From contig JAUCBJ010006822.1 in NCBI GenBank assembly GCA_032718475.1, forward strand, positions 1-64,000: a stretch of DNA of 64,000 nucleotides, in the 5' to 3' direction. The position numbers and the translations under genes were made by a program. The notes beneath the pieces were generated by a model. That model did no database searches. It had not been told where the DNA came from and saw only the letters and a list, made by a program, of their open reading frames with translations. This DNA is from Nemertoderma westbladi (taxonomy: Eukaryota; Animalia; Xenacoelomorpha). Positions 50,408 to 62,800 of this stretch are shown here, piece by piece; the stretch's first letter is position 1; the number at the start of each line of letters is the position of its first letter.

Positions 50408-52358
50408 TTATATCATCATTCTGAGCGGCAACTTATTTAAGAGTTCGTATATAACCTGGTTATTTGCATAACGTCCTAAATGGAGTAACTTTTGCAAAAC
50501 CTTTCTATAGGTTACATCTATTCTTGCAATATCTTGTTTCGACAGTCCACCCAGATAGAATCGTATGCTATATAAAATCTTTGGGAGAGCGTATGAAGTC
50601 CATAGTTTTGCAATTGTGTTCAAGCTAAACCATTCAGGGGTCCAACTATTCCGTAGAAACTCGTTCGAGATACCATACAAAATACTATCTATTTCACCCT
50701 TTATTTTGTTTGGGTTTGGAATAACTTTACACCAAGGAATTTAATTCGGTCACTGGATTTTATATGTTTCCCATTAATTACAAGTTGATTTGATGACTCT
50801 TCTTGCTGTTTTGATATACATATCCATTTGGTTTTTGAACTCTCAATATCTAGGTTAATTTTCGATGCACTTTTCATTAATACAGTGGCGAGTCGAGTTA
50901 TGTCATGTCTATTTGTTGATATAAGCAGATAATCATCAGCGTAACAAACTGCTCCTATCCATTCAGAGGCTATATGGCATCCCAGCTGAGAGTTCTCAAT
51001 ATCATCCATTATCTCAGAAGTATAAAAATTAAAAAGCAATGGTGACTAAATTGATCCTTGTTTTACTCCGTTTGATACTCTGAACCCATTAATATCCACG
51101 AGATTATCAAATTTACAGAACATTTCTGTTACTTCATAATAGCTAATTAGCAGAAGAGTTATACATGGGTCTATGAACCTTGATAGGTTTCTAAATAGTT
51201 TCACATGATTGACGCTATCAAATGCCGAGGCTATGTCCATTTGGCATAAATATACTGGGACTTTACGTTTTCGATAATGTTCTAAACATTCAAAGGATTA
51301 ACGATATTACTAGGTCTGCTCCATTTCTTTTCCTATAAGCCGTCTGTAACCTGTGAACCTTAAGTTTGGAGTAGGTGGTTATACTATATGCTAATACTCC
51401 TTCGAATATCTTTCCGAACACACTAATGCTTGAAACAGGACGATAGGATTGGGATAATTGCGCCTCTCTGCCTCCACCCTTGAATATGCTACTAATTATT
51501 GTTTTTCCAAATAATGACGGTACTTAGCCTTGTCTCGTGGCTACCACAAACACTATTTCTAGGTGATTACTAAAATTATCTATATCTAAGCATTATAATA
51601 ATAATAATAATAATAGAATTTACAAGAGCTGTGTGCACTTGATGGGTGTGAACCCGTAAACAAAATACGTAGTCCTACAATAGAGTTTGTTAGTAGAGTT
51701 TAGTGGTAGAAACGTTGGAGATTGGGCTTTACAGGAAGGCAGTTGGAGCAAGAGCAGGCGAGTATCCAGGTGCAGGGTGAGTGTTCGTTGTATTTGGTCG
51801 TGAAAAAGTTCCAGAATAGTAGCGACAGACGTTGTTTGATTCCGACAGGGTTGAGAAAGTTTATTGTTGCAGGCAGGTGGTTGGCTAGTCGTTGCGAGCG
51901 GTACCAGAAATTACAGCATTGTAAGTATTCTGATGTTAGGGACGCAAAATCCAAAGCTTTTCCACGCGGTAACCTCTTTATTACCCTACTTATTTCGACT
52001 GGGCTGAAGGATGGCATTGTTCCTTTATACTTTTCGTGTAATTCCCTACGTAATTCCTCCATATCATTATCTACACTATCCTTTGAACTTTTGTTGAATT
52101 TAGCTTGTAAATGTTCCCTATTGTTTGTCTGTAACATGCTCGACATGGTTCCAACGCCTTGACGTCTTTTCCTTTCTTTCTTTGTAAAATTATTCCAGAA
52201 TTGTTTTGAAGTGGATATATGAGGGTCTATGCCCATAGTTACTTCCCTAACATTATTTTTCGAAATCATATTTCTTAGTCGGCGAATATTCGTCCTTGCT
52301 TCCTTGAAAGCCGTACCATATGGGTCATTTATCTCCTTCCCTCTTCTCGCCCATATAT
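50408..52358 (-). pseudogene. LINE ORF2 RT region with stops and frameshifts
   Basis: LPRGKALDFASLTSEYLQC, YRPVSSISVFGKIFE, DIASAFDSVNH, GVKQGSI*SPLLFNFY, CYADD, IKFLGV. Confidence 0.88.
51595..51914 (-). mobile_element. 5'-truncated LINE (3' end only) nested in the host ORF2
   Basis: (TTA)n tail at 51595-51615; TSD AGCATT at 51589-51594 and 51915-51920; encodes RLANHLP..CTWILACSCSNC..*. Removal restores host SEYLQCLDIDNF. Confidence 0.85.
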
Positions 52359-52362
52359 TTAA

Positions 52363-53928
52363 CCCTATTAGTACCGGGCTATAAAATGTTGTACAAATAC
52401 CGGGGGGGGGGTCATATTGACCCCCCCCCCCCCCTCTAAAATCTACAAATATTTACGAAAACGTCTGATTTTTTGTTTGTACGTAGGTATCACTTGTCTG
52501 GATCCGACCGAAAAAAAAAAATTTCGAAAAAATTTACTGGGGTGGTTATATTGCAGCACCAAAATTACAAGTAGTGCACAATTTTCACAAAATTTGAAAG
52601 TTAAATTTTCGGCTAATTATTTTTCAATACAGGTTTTTTGGGGTGTAAAATACATTGGAAAATATTTAAAAATGATATGATTACTATAAATGGCTGTTTA
52701 GTCCTCTCTGCGTAGGAAAAAAATGAAAAAAACAAGTAACCAGCACTTTTCAGTTAGAACACAAAATTTTTAATTCACTTATACGATGCTATAAATTCAC
52801 ATTTTCAGGTTTTCGAGGGCTCTGATTCTAATGGAATACATTTCTAATATGCCAGATCATTGCTACTTGTATTTTTCGGCGTAATTTGGCAAATTTTGGT
52901 GCTAGCACCAAATTTCGTACCCATCACCAAAAAGTACAAGTTTGCGATGTCCAGTGCTGTTGTTATTGATTCCATCGGATTCAGGACCCTCATAAACCCG
53001 TATAACGCAAGAAACAAGGTGATGATACTATCTACTTATCAATTTGCATATTTTCCAAAATTTGGTGCTGGCACAACAATTTTCACCCAACGGCGAAAAA
53101 TACAAGTTTGAGAACTCTTATGAAATTTTTACTGATTCCATTGAATTCAGAACCATCACAAACCCGTATAACGCAAGAAACAAGGTGACACAATCAATTG
53201 ATATATTTGATGGTTTTTAAAATTTGGTGCTAGCACCACATTTTGCACCCACATCCGAAAAATACAAGTTTGAGATGTCTAGTTCGATAATTATATTTTC
53301 CATTGAATTCAGAACAGCCATAAACCTCTAAAACGCAAGAAATAAATTGTCACAAGCAATTTTATATATTGAATGGATTTTCAAAATTTCGTGCTAGCAC
53401 CAAAATTTGCATACAGCACCGAAAAATACAAGTTTGATACGCTTGGTGCAACTCGTATATATTTCATCGAATCCAGAACCCCACAAAACCCCAATTGCGA
53501 AAAAAACAAGTTTCAAACAATCAATTTACAAAATTGACTTATTTCAAAATTTGGTGCTGGCACCAAAATTTGGCACCCATCGAAAAAAACAAGTTTGAAA
53601 TTTCTAAATCAATTTATATGAATTCCATCCAATTTCTAACTCCAAAAAACCGGTGTAAATCAAAAATAGAGATGTTACAATTCATATTTAATGAAATGTA
53701 ATTTTCAAAAAACGTCTCAAAAAAAGTGCCAAAAGTAGGGTTAAAAAATGGTGCTATAACTCGAGAAGTACCCAATATTTTTGAAAACGGTTTTCACTAC
53801 CATGAAGACAATAGATTTTTAGGAAAAGTCATAAAATTTCAGATTCCCAACTTCGTTTGTTTCAGAATTATAATAAAAAAACCACGGGGGGGGGGGTCAT
53901 ATTGACCCCCCCCCCGGGTTTAATAGGG
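52363..53928. mobile_element. TTAA-specific non-autonomous DNA transposon (piggyBac-like MITE)
   Basis: TTAA TSDs at 52359-52362 and 53929-53932; imperfect TIR CCCTATTA..CCGGG; internal repeats of about 120-180 bp. Removal restores the host frame KKLLNIWARRGKE. Confidence 0.88.
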
Positions 53929-55165
53929 TTAACAGCTTCTTAGTGACCTTTGATCGCTCGGCTAATATGATATTATGAATTCTAACATTCTTAGTATGTT
54001 TTCTATGGTTCACCTGTGGTAAATACTTCAAAGCTGCAGACGTAATGGCAATTTTGATTCCTTCCATGTAACTATTCATATCCATTTCTGACCATGAGCT
54101 AACGGGGCCGTGTCTAAGTTTTAGTTGCTCCAACTCACTACTGACTTGCTCCCTATACATTTTAGCCTGAGCCGCATTCACTCGTCGCCATGCGGTGGCT
54201 TTCTGTTTCCGTACAGAGCAGTTCTGGTTATTTTGGTTATTAGATTTTGGCATATGTATTATGGCTGCGATAGGAGCGTGATCCGATAAGTTTGATTCTT
54301 CATTCTGTATGTGAACCTTACCCCGAGTAATACATTTTTCTCCCATCTTCGTTGATATTATATGGTCTATGTATGTCTTCCCACGTCCGTAAAAAGTTGC
54401 CACTGGCCCTGTAAATTTAGGTGTTGTATCCACTGTGATCATACCCATGTCATTAAGAAGATTAAGAAGAAGATATCCTTGAGAAGACGGTTTACTCCTC
54501 TGAAAACGTGGTCCTTGGGTGGCCCCAACGTCGGCGTTCATGTCTCCTAGGATAAATGGTATTGAAGTTCCATTTTCTTGTATTACGTTCTTGAGCCTTG
54601 ACAAAAAATTTATGTATTCACTGGGGTGCTTGCTAGAGTCCGGAGCATAACATGAGATAAACAATAATTCCTGTATACAATTATGTAGCTTCGCATTTAT
54701 TCCCACAATATCATCTCTGGACTTTATTGCATTGATGCTTCCAAGAATACCATTCCTGAAAATCAACGATGTCCCACCCATTCCCCTCCATCTGTTTATA
54801 TTTGTCATCTTCTCACTAACCGTATAGACACTATCAAAATTATCATCAATATCCTTTGATATGCTCTGATGGTATTCTTGCTCATCCAACCAATGTTCCT
54901 GTATTGCTAATACATCCAACTCTGATAGAAGTTCTTTAAAGTATCCTATATTTCCTATTATCCCATGACAGTTCAAGGTTCCAATACGTATTGTATTATT
55001 AGATTTTTTGATTCCAATAATGCTACCGCCCATTTCAGTTTTATTGTCATCTTTGGGCTCCATGATTTGTGTTTTACTATTGTTAGGAGCATTGATATAC
55101 ACCCCTACTCGTTTTGATGTCATCGATTTGGTAGTCTGAGGTACGGATGGTTCTTGTACTTCCAT
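53929..55165 (-). CDS. LINE ORF2 apurinic-like endonuclease domain, interrupted by the MITE
   Basis: GTLNCHG, LAIQEHWL, SCYAP, ILGDMNA, TYIDHI, SDHAPI. Confidence 0.9.
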
Positions 55166-55199
55166 TCACTTGTCTCCACTGGGTTGTATATACTGGGGA

Positions 55200-56573
55200 G
55201 CTGTAATATCCCCAATGTTCTAGTTTTATACCGTTCCCAAAGTGTTTACTGGTCATTAGTTTCTCAACGTAGTGATTTCATACTATGACTTTCATATTTT
55301 TTGCATCTCTGTATAGCCGAGTGGTTATTATATACACCGGTATTCCATTTTCTTCTAGATGATTGACAATGTCCCCCTCGTTGTGCTTCCTATGGATCCC
55401 CTTGATAAGTATTGCCCCGTATTTTTGAGAATCTGCACATATTATTTGGCTGCTACTGTTACTCCGTTTCCTCGTAGTCCTCGAGTGAGTAACTGCCAAT
55501 GAAACCTGGTCAGTTCTATATGTTTTCTTGGATTCGTAATGGTCCACCTGTGCGCTTGCTTATTGTTCTGCGTAATGGCGTTTCTTTAACCGTATTAACT
55601 TCATCTATATGTTTGCTAATTAGTATTGATTTCTGTCTGTCGGCTTCTAGTGGAGGCTTTGAAGGTGAACATATGGCTTCATCTACAGTTAATATACTTT
55701 CATCATCTGTCGAGTGTCCACCATTAAATGTGTGTTCTACCTGCAGCTGTTTGTAGCTCTCCACAAATGTTGGTGTGCTATTTATTACTCCTGAAGCATT
55801 CGTCACCGGTACTGGCTTATTAATTGCGTGATTGGAAGTTTCATTTTTAGCTGCAGTTCCCAATACTTCATATCTAGTACTTATACCGTTTGGTTGGTGA
55901 TTTCTTTGGCCATTAGGATAGAGTGTTGTAGCTGATCGTTTATGTTTCACTTTTCTACGGTTCTTTTTCGGGTTAACCTGTTGATACCCACTTGATTCCA
56001 ATGATTCAGAGCCCGCTATTTCGTCCACTGTTATGAACTCATCGTCATTTGCGGATCTTTCAGCTCCTTTAGTTGATTTCATAGCCATTCCTCGACGTTC
56101 AACATTTACTTTGTTATTATCATTTTCTAATAGCTCTGTATTGGTCAATAAATTGTTGATCTGTTCCTGAAGAATCATTCTAATATGCCGCTCATGTGTG
56201 AGCTCGCTATGAAGTATGTCATTAGCCTGTTGTATATGGTTGTAATCAGTTTCAAGTTTGCAAATTCTTGTTTGAAGACAGCTGATTGATGTCAGAAATT
56301 CTGATCGCAGCTGTGACACCGCATCGCCATTAATAGCTGGTTGTTCATATTTGAGCCTCTTTCTGCATTGCTCTGTGAAGCAATTCTCCATTAGTGCTCG
56401 CATGATTTCATATAAGTCAATAGCCATCTCATTCATAGAACCTCTCTGCCTCATCTTGAGAGTCATTGCTTGTGTTGGCGACATCATCGGTTTAATTCTT
56501 TCATATAGCACCGTTCGTGTCAAATCTCTATCTTCATCAGACAGTGATAGGATGACCGATATTACCTCCTTCC
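55200..56573 (-). pseudogene. LINE ORF1 (coiled coil plus RRM-like C-terminus), frameshifted and 5'-interrupted
   Basis: 335-aa ORF with a heptad-like segment, then a frameshift into AILIKGIH..DIVNHLEENGI..MKVIV; lies directly upstream of ORF2. Confidence 0.7.
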
Positions 56574-57110
56574 TGTTAGCTTATTCAATCCCGCCAACAC
56601 CCCATAAAGTTATTAGCCGATAAGCAATATTGGGAGCCACGAGATTGGGCAATTAACCAACTCGTGCCTTCCCAATAAGAGTGGGAAGGAAGCACACAAT
56701 AGAGGGTCAGGGGCCAAACCCCTAACCCAAGGAGAACAGGTGGAGTGAACGGGAATACTCCACGGGGCGCCAACAAGGGTATTAACCAATCAGAGGGGGG
56801 AATGGCATCGATTGAGTAGCAGTAAGGCCACCGTGCAATATAACCAATAACCTACTAATCAGTGATTCAGTTATCTCAGTGCAGCAGTGCTAGCGTAGGG
56901 TACAGCCAATTAGTTTAGTTAGGGGATCACGGGACTTTAGTTACCGTATCCCGCCTTGTACACATTCACAACATATCTATATCTTATAACCTCCTATTAT
57001 ACACCGAACTTCAGAACTCAATTATCTTTACTTTACCCTTACACACGGCGGGGACGCGTGGACTAAATACCACACCGGATAAATCGGGATCCCTCCTGGA
57101 TTCCGTCACA
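56574..57110 (+). repeat. Putative 5' LTR of the BEL element (right boundary tentative)
   Basis: TGT start and candidate ..TCACA end before GTAAC. The second LTR is not in the window and no canonical PBS was seen. Confidence 0.4.
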
Positions 57111-57231
57111 GTAACTAAATCGGTGTTGCTTCCCCAGCTAAACTCAGTAACTAAAACCGAGCTGCCGCCCTAGTTAAACTCTAAGAACTACCGGTACAAC
57201 CTAGCTAGCCGAATCATCAGCCACAGACGAG

Positions 57232-59847
57232 ATGAGTGAATCGGGCGAGACACCGACGCGGACCCCGGACGAAGATCAAACGATCCGCGAGTCCGCGACT
57301 AAGCGATACAGGCCCACGACGCCGGAGCCATCGATAACGGGCGAACCGGAAGTCCAGGACGAGGAGGGCCTGGAACCCGAAGTCGAGCCAAGAGAGAGAG
57401 AGAGCGAGACGGAGGGAGAAGGAGACGAGTCGACACGAGAGGGAGAACGGCGCGCCGATGTCGCCAGCCAGCTACCGGCCGAGGGCGACGGGCGGCCCAC
57501 CGAAACGGCGACGGTAGGGCCGACGGTGCGACGCCGGACACGGAGGGACGGAGGAGAGGTCGGCGACGAGGACGTCGGGGTTTCTGAGCGACTTCGACGG
57601 GCCTACAACGCGACCCGGAAGCTGATAAACGACGCCAAGAAGGAAGGGGCGAAGGTAGACGAGGTGAGACTGAGAAAGCGACTAGGTGAGTCGGATAAAC
57701 ACTTAAATTACCTAATACGTTTTGGGCAGAGAGAACTGGCCGGGGAGAGAGCAGAAAGGATAGCCGGCGAACTGTTTGAACTATGGGAGTGTGGGAGTAT
57801 GGGACCTAGCGTAGCGCCAGTGTACATAGGGCCATACTTGGTCGATGCCCGGGGAGTGAAACCAGTGGGTTGGAAGGGACCTGAAGAGGGCGAATCCGAG
57901 GTTAACACCGAGGATTCGGCCTCGTCGGTCGGAGAAAGCTCCGAAAAGGGGGAGAAAGCTAGTAGGTCGGGAAGGCGGGGGAAGTCCGTCGTAACCGATA
58001 AGTCTGCTACATCCTCCGCGAAAGAAAGAGCGGTGAGAAAAATAGGAGCCACATACCGTCTCAGCATGGCAGAGCAAGGTCAGAGAGAAATGAAGGAACG
58101 GCTAGAGGAGGGAAGAGTGCGGTTAGAGAGGGAAACGGTATTGCTTAGAGAAACCGGAGAAAGGGCCGAAAGGGCTTTGAAAAGCCTAAGGGAGTATGAT
58201 GAGATAGAGGAAAGGGAATGTAGGGAGCGTGAAGCGAGAGAGGAAAAGGAACGCGAGGAGCGTGAGGCGAGAATGGAAAAGGAACGCAAGGAGCGTGAGG
58301 CGGAACGCGAGGAGCGTGAGGTGAGAATGGAAAAGGAACGCAAGGAGCGTGAGGCGAGAATGGAAAAGGAACGCAAGGAGCGTGAGGCGGAACGCAAGGA
58401 ACGTGAGGCGGGATTGGAAAAGGAACGCAAGGAGCGTGAGGCGAGAAAGGAAAAGGAACGCAAAGAGCGTGGGGCGAGACGAAGGGAGAGCATTAAGAGT
58501 GCCGCAGACTCGGCCATCAAGGACACCCAGGAGCGTGAGGGGATAGTGGCAGAGGGTGAAAAGGAGCGCAAGGAATTAAAGGAACGGCGGAGTGAGTATG
58601 CGAAAAATATAATTAGAGGGACGCATGAGTTGGAATACGTGCGAGTGGGACCGCCGTCTGAAACTGGGGCCGGCTCGAGTATTTTTGAGGAGCCGAGGGC
58701 CGTAGATGTAATTGTTAATACTCCACTGACAGGGGCCGCACGACAGACTCAAGACTGGTGCGACCGTACGAGCGGGGGGGGTAATAATAATAATAATGGT
58801 ACAGTAGACGTTGTTGATATTAATAGTACCGTATGGGATAACGCTAATCAAACCTTTATTACAGGAAATACTTTGCCTGGTGGTAGTAATTTAAATTTAA
58901 ATCAGAACAATCCCAGTGTTAATGTAGAAAATAATCCTAATATTGATGTAGTTACGCAAAATAATTCAAATAATCAAAATAATAACTCGAATTCGGACCT
59001 ACAAAATAACTTAAATAACGCAATTACACAGAATAATTCGAATAATTCAAATAATGATCTTAGCCCGAATTTACAAAATAATTCAGATAACGTAGTCGCG
59101 CAGAATAATACAAATGATTTTGTTTCAAATGAGCAAATTAATTCCGTTTCCAATATGGGTGCTATTAATGTAAACACGTCGGGCCACGTAGTTAGTAGAC
59201 AGGGAGCAGAGGGCCTGGTAGGCCACGTAGTTAGTAGACAGGCAGCAGAGGGCCTGGTAGGCCACGTAGTTAGTAGACAGGGAGCAGAGGGCCTGGTAGG
59301 CCACGTAGTTGGTAGGCAGGGAGTAGAGGGTCCAGTAGGCCGCGCAATAGCAGAGGGAGAGGCGGGGGTGAATAGACCCGACTGTGGTAGGGTTGATGTG
59401 TCGACTAGAGAGATATATAGTAGCAGGGCGAGAGGTAGCGAAGTTAGATGTAGCGAGCGGGGGGGGGGGCTACGAGCACCCCACAACGGAAAGTTAGCGG
59501 CGAGAGGGGGGGGGGGGGGGCAGAGAGTGTCCCACAGCCGTCAGCGGACAATGCGAGGGCCGAACAAGGTAAACCGCAACAACCGGCGACGGAAAGTAAT
59601 AGGGGGATTGCGAGTATCCCCAGCGACGTGCGATCGAGCAGAGAAAGACAGGTTGACGTCGCGGGAGGGCAGACGGAGCGTCGAGCCCGATCAGAGGAGG
59701 AAAGAAGAACAGTGGGGTTTAACCGGGAGGTCGACGAGAGATCTCGTGAGCGGGAATATTCCACTGATAGGAGAAGAGAGGAAGAGAATAGTAGAAGTAT
59801 CGCCGCAAAAGATAGAAGAGCGAGGACGGACAGCGAGCCGTCGGTAG
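57232..59847 (+). CDS. N-terminal low-complexity part of the BEL polyprotein (E/R/K coiled coil, Asn-rich tract, four 13-aa repeats)
   Basis: 871-aa ORF; the part after about 59460-59520 is probably out of the true frame. Confidence 0.75.
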   Translation: MSESGETPTRTPDEDQTIRESATKRYRPTTPEPSITGEPEVQDEEGLEPEVEPRERESETEGEGDESTREGERRADVASQLPAEGDGRPTETATVGPTVRRRTRRDGGEVGDEDVGVSERLRRAYNATRKLINDAKKEGAKVDEVRLRKRLGESDKHLNYLIRFGQRELAGERAERIAGELFELWECGSMGPSVAPVYIGPYLVDARGVKPVGWKGPEEGESEVNTEDSASSVGESSEKGEKASRSGRRGKSVVTDKSATSSAKERAVRKIGATYRLSMAEQGQREMKERLEEGRVRLERETVLLRETGERAERALKSLREYDEIEERECREREAREEKEREEREARMEKERKEREAEREEREVRMEKERKEREARMEKERKEREAERKEREAGLEKERKEREARKEKERKERGARRRESIKSAADSAIKDTQEREGIVAEGEKERKELKERRSEYAKNIIRGTHELEYVRVGPPSETGAGSSIFEEPRAVDVIVNTPLTGAARQTQDWCDRTSGGGNNNNNGTVDVVDINSTVWDNANQTFITGNTLPGGSNLNLNQNNPSVNVENNPNIDVVTQNNSNNQNNNSNSDLQNNLNNAITQNNSNNSNNDLSPNLQNNSDNVVAQNNTNDFVSNEQINSVSNMGAINVNTSGHVVSRQGAEGLVGHVVSRQAAEGLVGHVVSRQGAEGLVGHVVGRQGVEGPVGRAIAEGEAGVNRPDCGRVDVSTREIYSSRARGSEVRCSERGGGLRAPHNGKLAARGGGGGQRVSHSRQRTMRGPNKVNRNNRRRKVIGGLRVSPATCDRAEKDRLTSREGRRSVEPDQRRKEEQWGLTGRSTRDLVSGNIPLIGEERKRIVEVSPQKIEERGRTASRR

Positions 59848-62800
59848 TCGAGATGAGAACGGAGAGTCAGTGGGGTCGGACTCCGGGAGATTGCCGTCGC
59901 CCCGGAGGGATGCGATCCGGTGAGACGCATTACACACCGAGGGAGGGGTACGCGATGTACCGGTACGAAGATGAAAACAGTGGTGAGGGGGGTCGAAGAG
60001 AAACTTTCCGACGGAATATACCTACCGATCGAGAATACGGTAGCCGCGGGGAGGATTATTCGAGAAGAATAAACTTCGATCCCGAGCAACACATGCAGAC
60101 TGTAGGGCATACTGTAGGTCTTACTGCACATACCGTAGGCCATACTGAGAGAGGCAATGTAGGCGATAGGATAGCGCGGACAACGGGATTAAACCCGGAA
60201 GTCGCGGAATACATACCGGCGGGTAGGCCAGAAGCTGATAGGCCTATACCGGTACCAGCACAGCAGTATGACTACAGCATGCAGGGACATAACATATACC
60301 CAGGGGAGGGGGGAATTATTGTGGATAGGTGCATGGGCCCCAACATACTAACATCAACCCCAGTACCAGACATACCGGTGGGGGGGGGACAGGGTGACAT
60401 TCCCCCATCACAATATCAACAATATACCCCGACAGGAACAAGAACGACGAGACCCCTAGATGAAAACAGGTCGTGTGATACAGACATATGGAGGGGGCCG
60501 CTACCCCCGATGACATATCCGAGTCAGAGAAGATCAAGAAATAGGACGGACGAACCGCACCAGACAAGGGAAACTATACAGCACCCGTCGAATCCATTAG
60601 AAGCGCAGGCAATGGGGATGGCCACGTTGATCGATGCGTTGAAAACGAGGATCGAATTACCACCCGTGGAACCGTTCAAATTCGATGGGAGCAGGCCGGA
60701 AGAATACTTACAGTTTCGGCGAATGTATAGTAACGAAATACTAACAAAAAACTTGACGCAGGCGGAGTGCCTAAAGTATCTACAAGTGTACACGGGAGGC
60801 CCAGCATACGATATCGTGAGGCAATACCAGGGAATAGAGGGCGGCTTCACGACAGCATGGCGGGCACTGGATAGGGAATACGGGCACCCGGCCAAGATCA
60901 TCAGGCAGACGCTGAGAGGCATAACATCGGGTGGCCTACAGGATAATCCCGTTAGCATTAAGACGTTTGCTAACAAAGTCGAGAAGGCGCTGATCGTGCT
61001 GAAGACGCTAGACGCGCCATATGAACTCAACGCGTCCAATAACATCACCACGATAGCGCAGGCACTACCGAGCTGGCTGCGCAACAAATGGAGGAAGATC
61101 GCTTTCTCCACCCGAGACAAAAAGGGTGCGGAACCAGGTTTAGAAGAAATGTCAAACTTCTTAAATTACGAGGCTGAACTAATAACGGACCCAGTTTATA
61201 GTGAAGATAGCCTGGGAAAGGGACCAAAGACGGATCATTACAGGCCCAAAACAGAGCACAATACATCGAACGCGTTACCGAGACTCAGGCAATCATTGCC
61301 ATATGCAGCGACGCAGGGGACTGCAAGTCCACAGACAAGCGAAGATAAGACAACATCAAGGGACGGACAGGGGAACAATAACAACATGAATAAACATAAC
61401 CCCAGTACGTCCAGTAGGTCAAACCCAGTCAATAAGAATAGTAGGGACTTTGGCACGAATATAACTGCGATACGCAATGCATTATATAAAGAGGGCTACG
61501 ACCCAAAGAGCAAATGCCAGTTACACGCAAATGCGCTTCATAAGACCATGAACTGCAGGTACTGGCAGGCGCTACCGAGGCAAGACCAGATAGATTACGC
61601 GTCGAGCAATAAAATCTGCTCGCGATGTGTGAAGAGTGGACACAAAGCCAGGGAATGCCAAGAGAAACCGGTCAAGTTTGGCCAAAGGAGAGGCCAGACG
61701 ATGGCAACGAGCACAGTAGGGGCGAAGAAGAGAGGAACAGTGCTACTTGGAGTAGTACCAGTACGAGTGATCGGGGAAGGCAATCGATCAGTAACAACAC
61801 TAATGCTGGTTGATAGCGGAGCTGCCTTCACATTAGTTGAGGAATGGGTAGCCGAAGAAATAGGGTTGAGAACGAGGCCAAGCAGGATGGCGGTGACAAC
61901 CATCTCTAGTAAAGACGAGATCCTAGAGATGAGGACAGGACGGTGCGCAATTGCAGCAGTGGCACCAGGATGCGATTATGGGGCAACCATCGACCCCATC
62001 CAAGTAATAGAGTCAATTAACATCAATGCCAGGCGGCCAACCAACATCGAGGTCGAGCAATACAAATTCCTGGATAACATTGACTTCTCAATCCCAAACG
62101 TGGACGTTAGGAAGGTATCCATCATAGTAGGCATGGACTGCCCAACGGCCCACGAGAGAATGCAGACGGTCTTCGGCGAAGACAAGCAGAGCGACCCGGT
62201 GGCCATATTAACGCCATTCGGGTGGACGCTGAGTGGCCCAATTAAGAGCAAGATACCATTCAGGATGTCGGAGACATCAGGATGCATGTTCGCGGGAACA
62301 ATGCAGGAAATGGGTGACGAGGGAGCAGAGGAGCAGCTTAAAAGACTGCTCAGACAGGACTTCGAGGGACTGAAAGAGACCGGGGTCGGGACCTCGGTAG
62401 AAGACAAGCAGGCTCTACAAAGTGTGGAGGAATCGATGACGTGTGATGAGGGGCGGTATACAATAGGAATGGTGTGGAAACTACCGAAGATACCGCTACC
62501 CGATAATAGAGGGATGGTACTCACGAGACTCCGCAAGCTGAAACAAACACTACAACGGAGCCCCGAGAAGAACGAGTACATTCACAAAACCATTAAGAAG
62601 TACGTCGAGAAAGGATGGGCCGTGGAGTTACCGGTCGACGAACCGAACACGGACAGGACATACTACCTGCCACTCCACGTAGCTTTAGACCCAAAGAAAG
62701 GTAAACTTAGGATGGTAGTCGATGCATCGGCAAAGACCGACGGAAAGTGCTTAAACGATTACCTACTAGAGGGCCCAAACATATACAATTCGGGCATAGA

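Larger units (their letters stand above)
49822..56573 (-). mobile_element. Two-ORF APE-RT LINE (CR1/L2 group), disrupted by three later insertions
   Basis: ORF1, endonuclease and RT segments are collinear on the minus strand. The 3' boundary is approximate and the 5' part is cut by the BEL element. Confidence 0.85.
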
